DNA of 57,052 nucleotides. Source: an uncultured Candidatus Peribacteria bacterium. Lineage in GTDB: Bacteria; Patescibacteriota; Gracilibacteria; Peribacterales; Peribacteraceae. The notes under the pieces are model-generated. The model made no database searches. It worked only from the letters and a program-made list of their open reading frames with translations, and was not told the origin of the DNA. Where the stretch lies: NCBI GenBank assembly GCA_964373065.1, contig CAYJSJ010000004.1, positions 1 through 57,052 of the forward strand, read 5' to 3'. Shown here piece after piece: positions 1 to 10,697 of this stretch. Position 1 is the first letter of the stretch. Every line of letters begins with the position of its first letter. A program made the position numbers and the translations under genes.

Positions 1-908
<908 letters not shown>

Positions 909-979
909 AAGAGTGACTGAATCCCGTAGTCAGCGCAATGCGCCACTACAGGACTGGTCAAAGGAAAACTAACGAGAAA

Positions 980-1007
980 ATTATAGTTAGTTTATTACAA
1001 ATATTAA
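980..1007 (-). promoter_or_regulatory. Candidate sigma70-type promoter for the rRNA gene (TTAATA - 16 nt - TATAAT on the minus strand)
   Basis: The minus strand reads ...TTAATATTTGTAATAAACTAACTATAATTTTC. The -10 TATAAT lies at 980-985 and the weak -35 at 1002-1007, in an AT-rich context about 70 nt upstream of the mature 16S 5' end. Confidence 0.3.
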
Positions 1008-1277
1008 TGAATCCATGCTCATGTCCGAAGACAAACGAGATGGATATCTGCACGTTTCTACACTACGATGCTGTGAAGGAGCTCTTGCCCCCACGCACGG
1101 ATGCAAGAGGGCAAAAGCCGACTTACTACATGCGGAGAAACGAATTCTGCCTCCCTCTTCAGTGGTTCTTAAATGCGACATGGTCACCCTAAGCCTGTCG
1201 AAGGGTGGGAGGAGCCGCGTTATTGTAAGGCCTGCAACGCTACGGTCAAGAAATTTCCTTCAAATCAAGTACATTCT

Positions 1278-2162
1278 CTATCTCTTCGCCCTCCCCTGTC
1301 GCACGATCACTTCTGCAAGCAGCCCGAAGAGCCCTATCTGAAGCCCTGTAAGCAACATAAGAATTTCGGAATCCGAAATATTTCGCTCAACTACAAGAGA
1401 CCGGAACGCAAGGAGTACACCAATAACGATGAGGAGTAAGGACGGGATGGCAAAAAATCTGAGTGGGCGGAAGTACGTTGTGATCCTGACGATGAGACTC
1501 AAGAAACCTGCGAAATTTTTTATGCCGTTGAAACCGGAGGAAAGAGAGCTTTTCCCCTTCCGTTTGAAGTAGTCGATGGGAACAAATTCCACGATGTAGT
1601 CGCTCGTGAGGGCGGCGAGCGTGAGGGTGAGCGTGAAGGAAAATTTCTGCGGAAAGAGATGCATAAACTCTTCCGCCATCGACTTCGTAAAGATGCGCAT
1701 GCCGGAGTTGTTGTCCGGGATGTTCATACCTGTCAACATATTTGCAAGCATGGCGACGATCGCTTTGGCGGGTTTTCGGATCCATGGGATTTGCGCGCCT
1801 TTCTTCGTACGCGCACCAATGACCATGTCTGCGTTACGCGTACGTAACGTTTGGAGGAGCTGCGGGAAATCCGCGATGGGGTACGTTCCGTCTGCATCGA
1901 TAATTGCTATCAGCTCGCCTTTGGCTCTGCGCAGTCCTGTCTTCATGGATGCGCCGTATCCTACATTTCTTGGATGCGTTATCACATGGATATCGGGAAA
2001 ACGAAGGCCGGAAAGGATTGCTGTTGTTCTGTCCGTACTGCCGTCGTTGATGACCAGTATTTCAAACAATTCTCCGATGCCGGAGAAGACTTCGTACGCC
2101 TTCGTTACGGTTTCCTCGATCGCTTCTTGCTCATTGAAGACGGGGATGATGAGGCTGATCAT
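1278..2162 (-). CDS. GT2 polyprenyl-phosphate glycosyltransferase (GtrB/ArnC/DPM1-like) with C-terminal TM helices
   Basis: 294 aa. Motifs: IIPVFNE, VINDGSTDRT, IIDADGTYP, and a C-terminal hydrophobic pair (FFAIPSLLLIVIGVLLAF..LLTGLQIGLFGLLAEV). Confidence 0.9.
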   Translation of the reverse strand: MISLIIPVFNEQEAIEETVTKAYEVFSGIGELFEILVINDGSTDRTTAILSGLRFPDIHVITHPRNVGYGASMKTGLRRAKGELIAIIDADGTYPIADFPQLLQTLRTRNADMVIGARTKKGAQIPWIRKPAKAIVAMLANMLTGMNIPDNNSGMRIFTKSMAEEFMHLFPQKFSFTLTLTLAALTSDYIVEFVPIDYFKRKGKSSLSSGFNGIKNFAGFLSLIVRITTYFRPLRFFAIPSLLLIVIGVLLAFRSLVVERNISDSEILMLLTGLQIGLFGLLAEVIVRQGRAKR

Positions 2163-2210
2163 AGGGTTGGGGTTAGGATTATAACGTACTTCCCGACCCT
2201 ACCCCTATCC
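2163..2210. repeat. G-tract / C-tract imperfect inverted repeat filling the whole spacer between two co-oriented genes
   Basis: AGGGTTGGGGTTAGGATTATAACGTACTTCCCGACCCTACCCCTATCC. It has five CCC tracts with 2-3 nt spacers. The loop reads TATAAT on the transcribed (minus) strand. Confidence 0.7.
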
Positions 2211-4256
2211 CTATCCCTTCATTATGAATTTTATTTCCCGTAAACCTCTGCGTTTCGTCGGTTTACTGAGGTATTTCCAGGTTTTACGTAGGGCATTGAA
2301 CAGAGGGCCGACAATGGAGATCGGGAGGTGCTCGATGACCAATCGAGCGATGCTCAAGCGTCCGATGCCAAAGAAGAACCGCAGAATCCATTCTATGGCG
2401 ATGCGCGATGCCGGGATCGATTCCGGCCGGTAGCCGTAGTCTGGTGGAATCTGTTTCCACCCATTTCTGATAGATGATCCGCGCTTTTTAAAGTCCAGCA
2501 TGTGGCCGTGCATATCGAGAGCATCGTCGATGGTGATTTCTTCAAGCGTGAGGATCTTTTTTCTTGCCATCGATTCGAGGAGTTCCACCGATCGCGGATT
2601 GCGCCCAAGGAGTACGGAGTAGCCCCCTCCTTTGTTTTCATAGTTCGGACTCCACGCATCGCCGACGGAAATATCGGTGAGTTCATTGGTAAAATCCGCA
2701 AGTTGCAGCGATCCATTCGTAATGAAGAAGGGGATGAGGTAGTTATAGTGAAACTTTTCCGCCTTGAGGACTCTCCCGTCTTTGAGCGTGATCTCCAGAT
2801 GCCCCGGCCACTGCCCTGCGCGAAATTTGAGTTCGGTAATTTCCGTTTCAGTGGTCACTCCGTGCGAGCGGAGGAAGCTTTTTATCGCTGCAAAGGTCAT
2901 CTGTGTTCCCGTATAGGGACCAAGAACGTAACGAATGTTTCTGACGCTCGGGTGACCCATCATTTGGAGTTTCCTGATGCCGGCAACTTGATCGGGAAGC
3001 CCCACGTACGCGAGCGGACCGGTTTCACGCTCGAGTTTTGCGAGGATCGTATTGACCGGAGTAAGGCTGTAGACGCTCTGTGCGCACGCAAGAATCTCCT
3101 CCCGCGAGCGGGCGATCACCGGCCTTGCTCTCCATGGGACATCTCTCCCCATCTGCAAGCACACGGCACCTGTGATCTCTCCGGTTTCCAGAAGATGGAT
3201 CAGCGTCTGCGATATCACACCACCCGACGCGCCGTTTCGGCGGATAGCTTCGTCGGTCGCATAACCGATGTAGGCTTTCTGGACGATTCCACTCAGAAAG
3301 TTCTCCGGCGTCTTGCTAAAGACAAACTTATTAAGTGCGGGATAATTGCAGTACCTCGCAGGGCATCCCTCATATGCGGCTTGTGGCACGGGTTTCGAAG
3401 TATCTGTGCGACGGACAATCAGCTCTCCGCTTAAAAGCTCTTCATATTGCAATGTTCCCTCGCTCACTCCAACGCACGTGCCGTCGCCGGTTTCGAGGCC
3501 GGGGTCGATGACTTCTGCCTTGAGTTTTTCCCAATACGGATCAAACATCTTTTTCCTGCACACAAACGTTCTGCGGAGAGCGATGCATCGGAGCATCTGT
3601 TCAGGAAGCATTTTTTCCAGCCAAGAACCAATCACCAAGAACCACTTCGGTCCCGCAGGAACGAGTACGCATGTGCGTTCCACACTAACATCAAGTCCCG
3701 CTGCTTCAATCGCTCCGAGGATTTCTCTGCGCGGTACCATGCGGTGCGGACCTTCACCGTGATCGAGTTTCAGTCTCGCCGAGAGCCAATGTACGGGTTC
3801 CCAGAGGACATTTGGGGTCGTGAGTACTAGTGTTCCGAGGGGCTTGAGCATCCTAGAAAGTTCAGTGATGAACGCCTGCGGCCACGGGACGTGTTCGAGC
3901 GTTTCGTAGCAGAGGATACAATCAAACGAAGCATCGGCGAATGGTTGTCGGAGCGTTGTCATTACCGAGACGGTGGCATCAACGGCGTTTGCCTTCAGGT
4001 TCTTCTCTGCGCGTTCCTTGAAGGTCTGTGCCATCGCAACGCAGGTGAACCGTGCCGTTGGATATTTCTTCGAAAAGAACACTGTGCCGTTTCCCGTGCG
4101 GCAGTCGATATCGAGCACGTGCGCATGCTCCGAGATCGTAAAGAGCGGGGCGCTGTCTCTGAACCTGCGCATATAGGAATCGATTTTTGCGTTCTGAACG
4201 TCGTAGTTCGGGGAGTTATCCCAGTGATCAGCCACGTCTTTGAGTGTCCAACTCAT
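2211..4256 (-). CDS. Fusion protein: class I SAM-methyltransferase (N-terminal) + F420 hydrogenase/dehydrogenase beta subunit (FrhB/FdhB)-like domain (C-terminal)
   Basis: Track ORF 2211..4694 was trimmed to the ATG at 4256 (MSWTLKD...), because the upstream part overlaps gene 4274..5113. MTase motifs: VLDIDCRTGNG, ILCYETLEHV. FrhB-like motifs: GASGGVISQ, YVGLPDQVAGIRKL, DISVGDAWSP, GYSVLLGRNPRS. Confidence 0.8.
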   Translation of the reverse strand: MSWTLKDVADHWDNSPNYDVQNAKIDSYMRRFRDSAPLFTISEHAHVLDIDCRTGNGTVFFSKKYPTARFTCVAMAQTFKERAEKNLKANAVDATVSVMTTLRQPFADASFDCILCYETLEHVPWPQAFITELSRMLKPLGTLVLTTPNVLWEPVHWLSARLKLDHGEGPHRMVPRREILGAIEAAGLDVSVERTCVLVPAGPKWFLVIGSWLEKMLPEQMLRCIALRRTFVCRKKMFDPYWEKLKAEVIDPGLETGDGTCVGVSEGTLQYEELLSGELIVRRTDTSKPVPQAAYEGCPARYCNYPALNKFVFSKTPENFLSGIVQKAYIGYATDEAIRRNGASGGVISQTLIHLLETGEITGAVCLQMGRDVPWRARPVIARSREEILACAQSVYSLTPVNTILAKLERETGPLAYVGLPDQVAGIRKLQMMGHPSVRNIRYVLGPYTGTQMTFAAIKSFLRSHGVTTETEITELKFRAGQWPGHLEITLKDGRVLKAEKFHYNYLIPFFITNGSLQLADFTNELTDISVGDAWSPNYENKGGGYSVLLGRNPRSVELLESMARKKILTLEEITIDDALDMHGHMLDFKKRGSSIRNGWKQIPPDYGYRPESIPASRIAIEWILRFFFGIGRLSIARLVIEHLPISIVGPLFNALRKTWKYLSKPTKRRGLREIKFIMKG

Positions 4257-4273
4257 GAGAATAGTATTCTGAC

Positions 4274-5113
4274 TTATCCCTTCTCCTTCAGGAAATAATA
4301 TCCACCCAATAATCCGCTCACGATAATGCTGAGAAACATCAAAAACGCCAATGCGACGGATTGCTCCGCAGTTACGCCGTACGGGGAAAGAAAAAAGACG
4401 AGTGCTGCGTCTCTGGTACCGAGGCCGGAGGGGGCGATGGGCAGCAGTGAGAGCATGCCTGCAAACGTCAGAACTGCTATGAGGATCGGTATCATCGTAG
4501 CGATCCCCACGGCACGTGCCAGGAGAATCGCCCACACGAAATGGACGGCCAAGGAGCAAAGCGTCCAGACGGCGATGGGAAGTAGGGATTGTGGCGGCAG
4601 GTATTTGGTGACGAAACCCAGGTGATTCTTGTATGTAATAACTATCACGATTCCGATCACGATTCCGACCGCAGCCAAGGCAGTCCAATACCATCCGAAC
4701 AGAATTCCAGTTCCTACAGCAGCAATCACACCGATAAAGACGGTATCAATCACACGGTCGAGTATCGTTATGGTAATAGCAGACACCATCTTCATACCTG
4801 TCGCCTTCAGATAGGCCGCCTTGCCCATCTCTCCAATCTTCCCCGGCATGATGCACGCCAGAAAGATTCCCACATTCACGATCTCCCAGTGCCTCCGAAA
4901 CGGGAGCGATATTCCCGAAGTGTGTACCAGCACTTTCCATCGCTGTGTTTTACAGAAATAGATCAGGAAGACGAGCGGGAAGGAAATGGCGAGCAGCACG
5001 ATGTTTGCCTGCATAAGCTCCCCAATCAGCACTTGCATATCGATTGTTGCTAAGATCCACACAAAAAGCAGTACGCCGATCAGTTTGAGCAGATGGTGAG
5101 TAGGGTTTTTCAT
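4274..5113 (-). CDS. Polytopic membrane protein, lysyl-PG-synthase-TM / 'flippase-like domain' family
   Basis: 279 aa with about 8 hydrophobic helices. The N-terminus has the pattern typical of this family (KLIGVLLFVWIL..., QRWKVLV, PGKIGEMGKAAYL). Confidence 0.7.
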   Translation of the reverse strand: MKNPTHHLLKLIGVLLFVWILATIDMQVLIGELMQANIVLLAISFPLVFLIYFCKTQRWKVLVHTSGISLPFRRHWEIVNVGIFLACIMPGKIGEMGKAAYLKATGMKMVSAITITILDRVIDTVFIGVIAAVGTGILFGWYWTALAAVGIVIGIVIVITYKNHLGFVTKYLPPQSLLPIAVWTLCSLAVHFVWAILLARAVGIATMIPILIAVLTFAGMLSLLPIAPSGLGTRDAALVFFLSPYGVTAEQSVALAFLMFLSIIVSGLLGGYYFLKEKG

Positions 5114-5147
5114 GAGCGGGGTTCCTCGTCTGTGATAGCATACACAT

Positions 5148-5900
5148 ATGCTTGCAAAAGCCAGTCAGTACTGGATTCGTACTATAGAAGATGGGCAAGG
5201 ATACACGTCAGTATCTTTGGCTGCATTCCAGACAATGTTGAAGAAGGTTGTGCATTTTGTTCCGTACAAGGTATTGCTGCGGTATACAAAACCAGAGGCA
5301 ACCGTTCTGGATGCCGGTTGCGGGTGGGGGCTCGCAAGTTTTGCTCTCGCCGCTGAACACAGACATGTGACTGCTTTGGATATTTCCCCAAAGCTCATTG
5401 CACATCTGAAAACATTGCAATTGGCATTGGGGCGCTTGTACCAAACACATCTTACATTAACCATTGGAGACATTTTCGATTTTCCGATGACGGATAAGAC
5501 AATCGATGCGGTGTATAGCGACGGCACGTATGAGCATTTTCTTCATGATGATGAGCGGAAAAAAATTCTGCAGAATATGTATGCAGTCTTACGGGAAAAG
5601 GGAACGGTGATTATTACCGTGCCAAATGTACACAATCCATTTTTTTCGCTAGCCGTCGACCACAAAATGCCACCCATGTATCCCTTTACCCTTCAGAGTC
5701 TCTCAACGGAGCTTGTCGAAGCCGGTTTCCACGTAGTGGAACACGGGTTTTATTTTGTAAATCCCGGGTATGCGCAATGGACGAAAGCTTCATGGATGAT
5801 CCCCTGTATAGCAGTTGCAAACGTTGTATTTCCACTGCTTCCTCGTTGGGTCAAAGCAATCTTTGGCGTGCATTTCTACTGTGTTGCCCACAAAAGGTAG
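5148..5900 (+). CDS. Class I SAM-dependent methyltransferase
   Basis: 250 aa. Motif I is VLDAGCGWGLASFALA; also VYSDGTYEHF and GTVIITVPN. Confidence 0.85.
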   Translation: MLAKASQYWIRTIEDGQGYTSVSLAAFQTMLKKVVHFVPYKVLLRYTKPEATVLDAGCGWGLASFALAAEHRHVTALDISPKLIAHLKTLQLALGRLYQTHLTLTIGDIFDFPMTDKTIDAVYSDGTYEHFLHDDERKKILQNMYAVLREKGTVIITVPNVHNPFFSLAVDHKMPPMYPFTLQSLSTELVEAGFHVVEHGFYFVNPGYAQWTKASWMIPCIAVANVVFPLLPRWVKAIFGVHFYCVAHKR

Positions 5901-5938
5901 TTCAAGGCACTGCCCTACAGATGTGTTCATTTATACTT

Positions 5939-7693
5939 TTACAATGCATACATGCTAAACCTTCCGTCGTTGTATATTTCTGCAGCATCTAACGGTATCT
6001 GTGGGTTCCATCGCGATTCCTTATCCTTCAATATGTATTGTACGTGATATTTTTTGAGATACACCTTGTAGTTTCTGCGTATTGCGCGGTGACGCACGAA
6101 CATCTTTTGTATAAATTTCTCTCCACCGATAAAGTCTATCTCCTCAGTCTTCTTCCATTCACCGGGCAATGCTTTTCCTGTAAGACCAAAAAAGAATGCT
6201 TTCACGCTCCCAAGGAGCGAGGGATCCGGATACATGTTTGCGTAGGTCATTGCATGCTCTGTGCTAACCCCGCGGAGCATATCAACATTTTGCCGCATAA
6301 ACTCTGCATCGAAAACATCAACATAGTAGACGAGAAATCGTTCCATCAGTTCGTCATCTGGTATCACATGAAGACCCGCTTTTTTACTGAAGAACACAAA
6401 GTTCTCCGTGTAGAGCGGAATAAGCGCGCTCAAGCGTTCGTCTGCAAGAAAAACACTATCGCGGATATTTTCCACATTAATGAAAGCAAACAATGCATCG
6501 TATCCTCGTTGCAGCTCGTGGAGCTCAAGAATCTTTTTGTACTGCGGTATGTAGGAGAAGGCATTCATACGTATGAATGCCCGATTTGTTGCGGTGAAAA
6601 CAAGCGCAAACAGGCAAAATCCGATGATACATCTTTCCAAGAACAGTGTTCGCCTTTTCAATGACACAGAAAATACAGTGATGCCGATAGCTGTCACCAA
6701 AAGACCCAGTAACCAAGGGTGTGTAGGAAAATCCGTCTCTTTCCCTGTAAGAGTGTTACTTGTTGCGGTGATGAGTATTGCAGCGCCTAGCAGCAGCAGC
6801 AGCGTTTCTCCGTGCGAGAGTTTTCCGCGCACACTCAGAAACAACAAAGTAATTACGCTGACAATAGTGTATTTATTATTGAGGACTGTCAGCGGCAGAA
6901 TGGCGCGTGTTTCTATCAGACTGTTACGCATGCTCAGAAGTATCGACTCAGGGTCATGGAGAAGTGTTGCTATGACGAGTATCTGTGGAAGGACAAGAAG
7001 AACAATGCAGAGCCACATGGCAGATAAGTACAGAATCATACTGCGATCTCTCTTCCACACAGCCCACACAGAGAGCAGACCCACTGCGGAGAAATTTTGC
7101 ATCCATAGATGCGGGTAGAGATAGAATGCAATTGCACAGAGCGCGCCAAGCACTACGTAGCGATTTTTTTGTCCTGGGTGTTCAAGAACACCAAGAAGTG
7201 CGATCATAAAGAGTCCGAAGACGGGAAACACTGTCTGCAAAACTGCGGGACGCAAGATGGAGTTGGAGACTGATGCAACGGCAAGCACGGCGATGCCAGC
7301 AGAGAGCAATCTGTCGTTATTGGTTAGCTTTAGATTGAGTACATACACTATGACACCGGTAATTACTCCGTACAAAAGAGCATTGACGAGGAAGACAGTA
7401 TTGATGGGGAGCCCCATGATTCCTGGGAGTGCGCTGATCCACAGTGGAAGAACCATGGCTGGCAGCATCGCAGTATGATATTCGAGAATGTAAGGATTCC
7501 CTGCCCAGATGTCGCCGCGCAGGACGGCTTGTATGAGTGTTAGGTAATAGAGAGAGTCTGACTCAAGCTGCGTGAGTACTGGCGGAAGAAAACTGCCGAG
7601 CATGATTTTACTGAAGATAAACGGCACGGCGAGTGCGCTTGCAGAACCTGCCAATACGATTATCCATGCGGTAGTGTTTCGAATATTCATCAT
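5939..7693 (-). CDS. Large polytopic membrane protein with a soluble C-terminal ~190-aa domain; GT-C-like (speculative)
   Basis: 584 aa. About 12 hydrophobic segments are followed by a hydrophilic tail, and an acidic ESD lies in the first predicted loop. There is no close family match by eye. Confidence 0.6.
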   Translation of the reverse strand: MMNIRNTTAWIIVLAGSASALAVPFIFSKIMLGSFLPPVLTQLESDSLYYLTLIQAVLRGDIWAGNPYILEYHTAMLPAMVLPLWISALPGIMGLPINTVFLVNALLYGVITGVIVYVLNLKLTNNDRLLSAGIAVLAVASVSNSILRPAVLQTVFPVFGLFMIALLGVLEHPGQKNRYVVLGALCAIAFYLYPHLWMQNFSAVGLLSVWAVWKRDRSMILYLSAMWLCIVLLVLPQILVIATLLHDPESILLSMRNSLIETRAILPLTVLNNKYTIVSVITLLFLSVRGKLSHGETLLLLLGAAILITATSNTLTGKETDFPTHPWLLGLLVTAIGITVFSVSLKRRTLFLERCIIGFCLFALVFTATNRAFIRMNAFSYIPQYKKILELHELQRGYDALFAFINVENIRDSVFLADERLSALIPLYTENFVFFSKKAGLHVIPDDELMERFLVYYVDVFDAEFMRQNVDMLRGVSTEHAMTYANMYPDPSLLGSVKAFFFGLTGKALPGEWKKTEEIDFIGGEKFIQKMFVRHRAIRRNYKVYLKKYHVQYILKDKESRWNPQIPLDAAEIYNDGRFSMYAL

Positions 7694-7702
7694 AAGGTGG
7701 CG

Positions 7703-8521
7703 TTATTCTTCCATACAGAAGATGACAGCGTTCGCAAACTGGTAGGGTGTGCCGAAGCCCGTGGCAACGGCTTCCTTTTGTGAGACTTCTTCCCACCGAT
7801 GCGCGGATGTATGTTTCAGGTAGTACTGATGTGCACATAGTCGCCGTTCACAGAGATCACGCACTGCGTCGGGGTTATAGCCTACGGGAATCGTCACGAA
7901 CATACGGCCGTTTGGCTTCAGTAACGTTTTTAAATGCTGCACAGCCCGTACAAATTTTGCCGGGTCTTTCGGGTGCTCGTCGAATCCGACATGCTCGAGC
8001 GTGGAAATACTGATGATAAGATCGTACGGTTCGTTTGGACGGAAATCGACGACATCTTCATGGATGACCCCGTCTCCTTTTTCATATTTATCCAGCACCT
8101 CCCTCGGCAGATCGGTGTAGTGGGAGAGCACGTTACCGACTTCCAGAATGCGTTTGCCTTTTGCTTGTTTCAACATATCGATCGCCACGGCGACCTCGAC
8201 TGCGCGTTCGTTGAGAAAGGTCGTGTTGTACCAGTGGCAGAAGTAGTGATAATCCTTTCCGCGAAACCGGAATGTTTTGCGGCCCATTGTTATCCTATAG
8301 ATGGGAGTAGACAGAACCTGCGTGATCAATGTGATCATCATCGCGATGGCAGAGAAGAGACCTTTGCGTTTCCACGTCTCCCGAAATCGGGCAAAGACGA
8401 CGCCGAACGTGCCGATGAGTCCGTCATATGCGGCGTGCATTGCCGCACTGTACCGTGCGGTATCGAAGCGAGACAAGCTGCAGAGACTTGGGAGAACTCT
8501 TCCGATATGCTCCTCGTACAT
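7703..8521 (-). CDS. Membrane-anchored SAM-methyltransferase-like protein
   Basis: 272 aa with one TM helix (LFSAIAMMITLITQVL). Rossmann-like motifs: ILEVGNVLSHY, YDLIISISTLEHV, GRMFVTIP. The start is uncertain; M28 and M61 are alternatives. Confidence 0.6.
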   Translation of the reverse strand: MYEEHIGRVLPSLCSLSRFDTARYSAAMHAAYDGLIGTFGVVFARFRETWKRKGLFSAIAMMITLITQVLSTPIYRITMGRKTFRFRGKDYHYFCHWYNTTFLNERAVEVAVAIDMLKQAKGKRILEVGNVLSHYTDLPREVLDKYEKGDGVIHEDVVDFRPNEPYDLIISISTLEHVGFDEHPKDPAKFVRAVQHLKTLLKPNGRMFVTIPVGYNPDAVRDLCERRLCAHQYYLKHTSAHRWEEVSQKEAVATGFGTPYQFANAVIFCMEE

Positions 8522-8903
8522 GCATCACATTGTTTGGCATATTCGGCAATATGCGAAGTATCTTGCCTGTGGAGGGACTGCTGCCGTCGTGGATTTCGGC
8601 ATCTACTTTCTTTTATTGCGTTTGGACGTCTGGTATCCCATTGCCAATGTCATCGGAGGCGTTCTTGGGTTTTTTACCTTGTTTCTTCTGCACAAATACG
8701 TCGTCTTTCAGAAGCGAGACTCCTTCTTACGGCATCTGAAGCGATACTTTGCCGTCGATATGGTCAATCTGTTCATTATTACGATTCTTCTGTATTTCCT
8801 CGTCGATATGGGAGGTCTCGATGAGAGGCTCGCCAAATTCGTCGCATTCGCTCCGGTCGTACTGTGGAATTTCTTTGTCTACAAATTTCTCGTTTACATC
8901 TAA
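8520..8903 (+). CDS. GtrA-family small membrane protein
   Basis: Track ORF 8301..8903 was trimmed to the ATG at 8520. 127 aa with 4 TM helices and YLACGGTAAVVDFGIYFLL...WNFFVYKFLVY, which is typical of GtrA. Confidence 0.8.
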   Translation: MHHIVWHIRQYAKYLACGGTAAVVDFGIYFLLLRLDVWYPIANVIGGVLGFFTLFLLHKYVVFQKRDSFLRHLKRYFAVDMVNLFIITILLYFLVDMGGLDERLAKFVAFAPVVLWNFFVYKFLVYI

Positions 8904-8927
8904 ACCTTTTTCGCAAGATTGCGAGAT

Positions 8928-9707
8928 CTACACTTTTTCAGCAGAAATCATGAGGGCATGTCCGCGCCGAAACAGCGGTATAAAGAGTGCGTCCTCCAGC
9001 CTGCAGAGCGGAATAAGTATCGCCAACGAAGCTCGTAGAGCTTTGTAGAGCAGTGATGTCTGCGCTTCGAGGAGTTCGCTTTGTGCTTCGAAACGTTTGC
9101 GTCGTGCCAGAAAGACCACTTTCGTACATTCCATGATGAGCTCCGAGAGCAGAAACATAGACTGGCGTGTTTGGAGTACTTTGAAGCCATTCTCCGTGAG
9201 CTTTCGTCCAAGATCCTGCGGGAAATATCCGTCGCGATAGTGGAATTCTCCGCCATGGTGGTGTCCGAGCTGTTTGAGTTTCGCCGTAGCGCGAAAGCCT
9301 TTGAGTGAAGGTGTCGTGATGACGACGCGCCCGCCGGGTTTCAGCACTCTGCGGATCTCGCGCAAGACGTTCGCATCGTCTTCGATATGCTCGATCACTT
9401 CGCAAAAGAGTATTTTATCGAAGGTGTTCTCCGGATAGGGAATGGTTTCCACGCTTCCGACCTGCACATGGGGCGTGATGTGTTTACGTACAAACTCCAC
9501 TGATTCGGGACTGACATCCATGCCGTGGAGAGTCGCACCTGTTTGCTGCAACTTCAGGAGGAAGTAGCCCAAGCCGCAGCCTGCATCCAGCACGGTCTCG
9601 CCGCGTTTAACGTCCAATAGTCGAAGGATCGGTTCGCGCATGCGTACGTTGATATTGCCATGCAACACATGGGAACGGGGCGTGAGCGGCATGGAGAAAT
9701 GGTACAA
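8928..9707 (-). CDS. Class I SAM-dependent methyltransferase
   Basis: 259 aa. Motifs: [34 protein letters not shown]. Confidence 0.85.
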   Translation of the reverse strand: MYHFSMPLTPRSHVLHGNINVRMREPILRLLDVKRGETVLDAGCGLGYFLLKLQQTGATLHGMDVSPESVEFVRKHITPHVQVGSVETIPYPENTFDKILFCEVIEHIEDDANVLREIRRVLKPGGRVVITTPSLKGFRATAKLKQLGHHHGGEFHYRDGYFPQDLGRKLTENGFKVLQTRQSMFLLSELIMECTKVVFLARRKRFEAQSELLEAQTSLLYKALRASLAILIPLCRLEDALFIPLFRRGHALMISAEKV

Positions 9708-9781
9708 TTCTTCGATCGAATTTCCATCTTTTTCTGCTGCGATTACCTGTGCACCTCGTCCATTGGTGGTATCGTACCGGC

Positions 9782-10693
9782 ATGTCGGGGCATAGTCTCA
9801 CTCATCTCCGTCAGCTGGAAGCAGAGAGCATCTTTATCCTTCGGGAGGTTGCGGCGGCGTTCGAGCACCCTGTTTTGATGTATTCCATCGGAAAAGATTC
9901 CTCTGTGCTCCTGCACCTCGCACGTAAAGCATTTGCACCGGGCAAGCCTCCGTTCCCGCTCCTGCACATCGATACGACGTATAAATTTCGGGAGATGATC
10001 ACATTCCGAGATACCTATGTTCGCGATACGCTAGGGCTCGATCTGATCGTTCATACCAATATGGAAGGTATTGCGAAAGGTATAAGTCCGTTTGTGCATG
10101 GCAGCTCGTACTATACTGATATCATGAAGACCGAAGCGTTGCGGCAGGCACTTACCAAGAACAGATTCGATGCTGCCATTGGCGGAGCGCGAAGAGACGA
10201 GGAGAAATCCCGCGCGAAAGAAAGGGTCTTTTCTTTTCGTAATGAAACGATGAAGTGGGATCCCAAAAACCAGCGTCCGGAACTCTGGAACCTCTATAAT
10301 ACACGTATTCATCGTGGGGAAAGCATGCGTGTTTTTCCCCTCAGCAACTGGACGGAGATCGATGTCTGGATCTATATCGCTATGGAAAATATTCCAGTCG
10401 TCCCACTCTACTTTGCTGCCAAGCGTCCGGTCGTGGAGCGCGGCGGCACGCTGATTATGGTGGATGACGGCCGTCTGCCACTGGAACTAGGAGAGAAGCC
10501 GAAACAAGAAATGGTGCGTTTCCGCACACTCGGCTGCTACCCGCTCACAGGTGCTGTGCGTTCGCAGGCGAAGACTGTTCCTGAAATTATCGCTGAACTC
10601 CTTTCCTCCGATAGTTCCGAACGCAAAGATCGCTTGATCGATAGCGATCAACCCGCGTCCATGGAAGAGAAAAAGAAAGCAGGATACTTTTAA
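9782..10693 (+). CDS. cysD: Sulfate adenylyltransferase subunit 2
   Basis: Track ORF trimmed to the ATG at 9782. [32 protein letters not shown] (PP-loop SxGKDS), [11 protein letters not shown] and [12 protein letters not shown] are all classic CysD. Confidence 0.93.
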   Translation: MSGHSLTHLRQLEAESIFILREVAAAFEHPVLMYSIGKDSSVLLHLARKAFAPGKPPFPLLHIDTTYKFREMITFRDTYVRDTLGLDLIVHTNMEGIAKGISPFVHGSSYYTDIMKTEALRQALTKNRFDAAIGGARRDEEKSRAKERVFSFRNETMKWDPKNQRPELWNLYNTRIHRGESMRVFPLSNWTEIDVWIYIAMENIPVVPLYFAAKRPVVERGGTLIMVDDGRLPLELGEKPKQEMVRFRTLGCYPLTGAVRSQAKTVPEIIAELLSSDSSERKDRLIDSDQPASMEEKKKAGYF

Positions 10694-10697
10694 CCCT

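Noticed and set aside
4257-4694. N-terminal 146-codon extension of track ORF 2211..4694
   Set aside because: It overlaps the 3' part of the co-directional membrane-protein gene 4274..5113 and is R/P-rich. The MTase domain begins right after the ATG at 4256.
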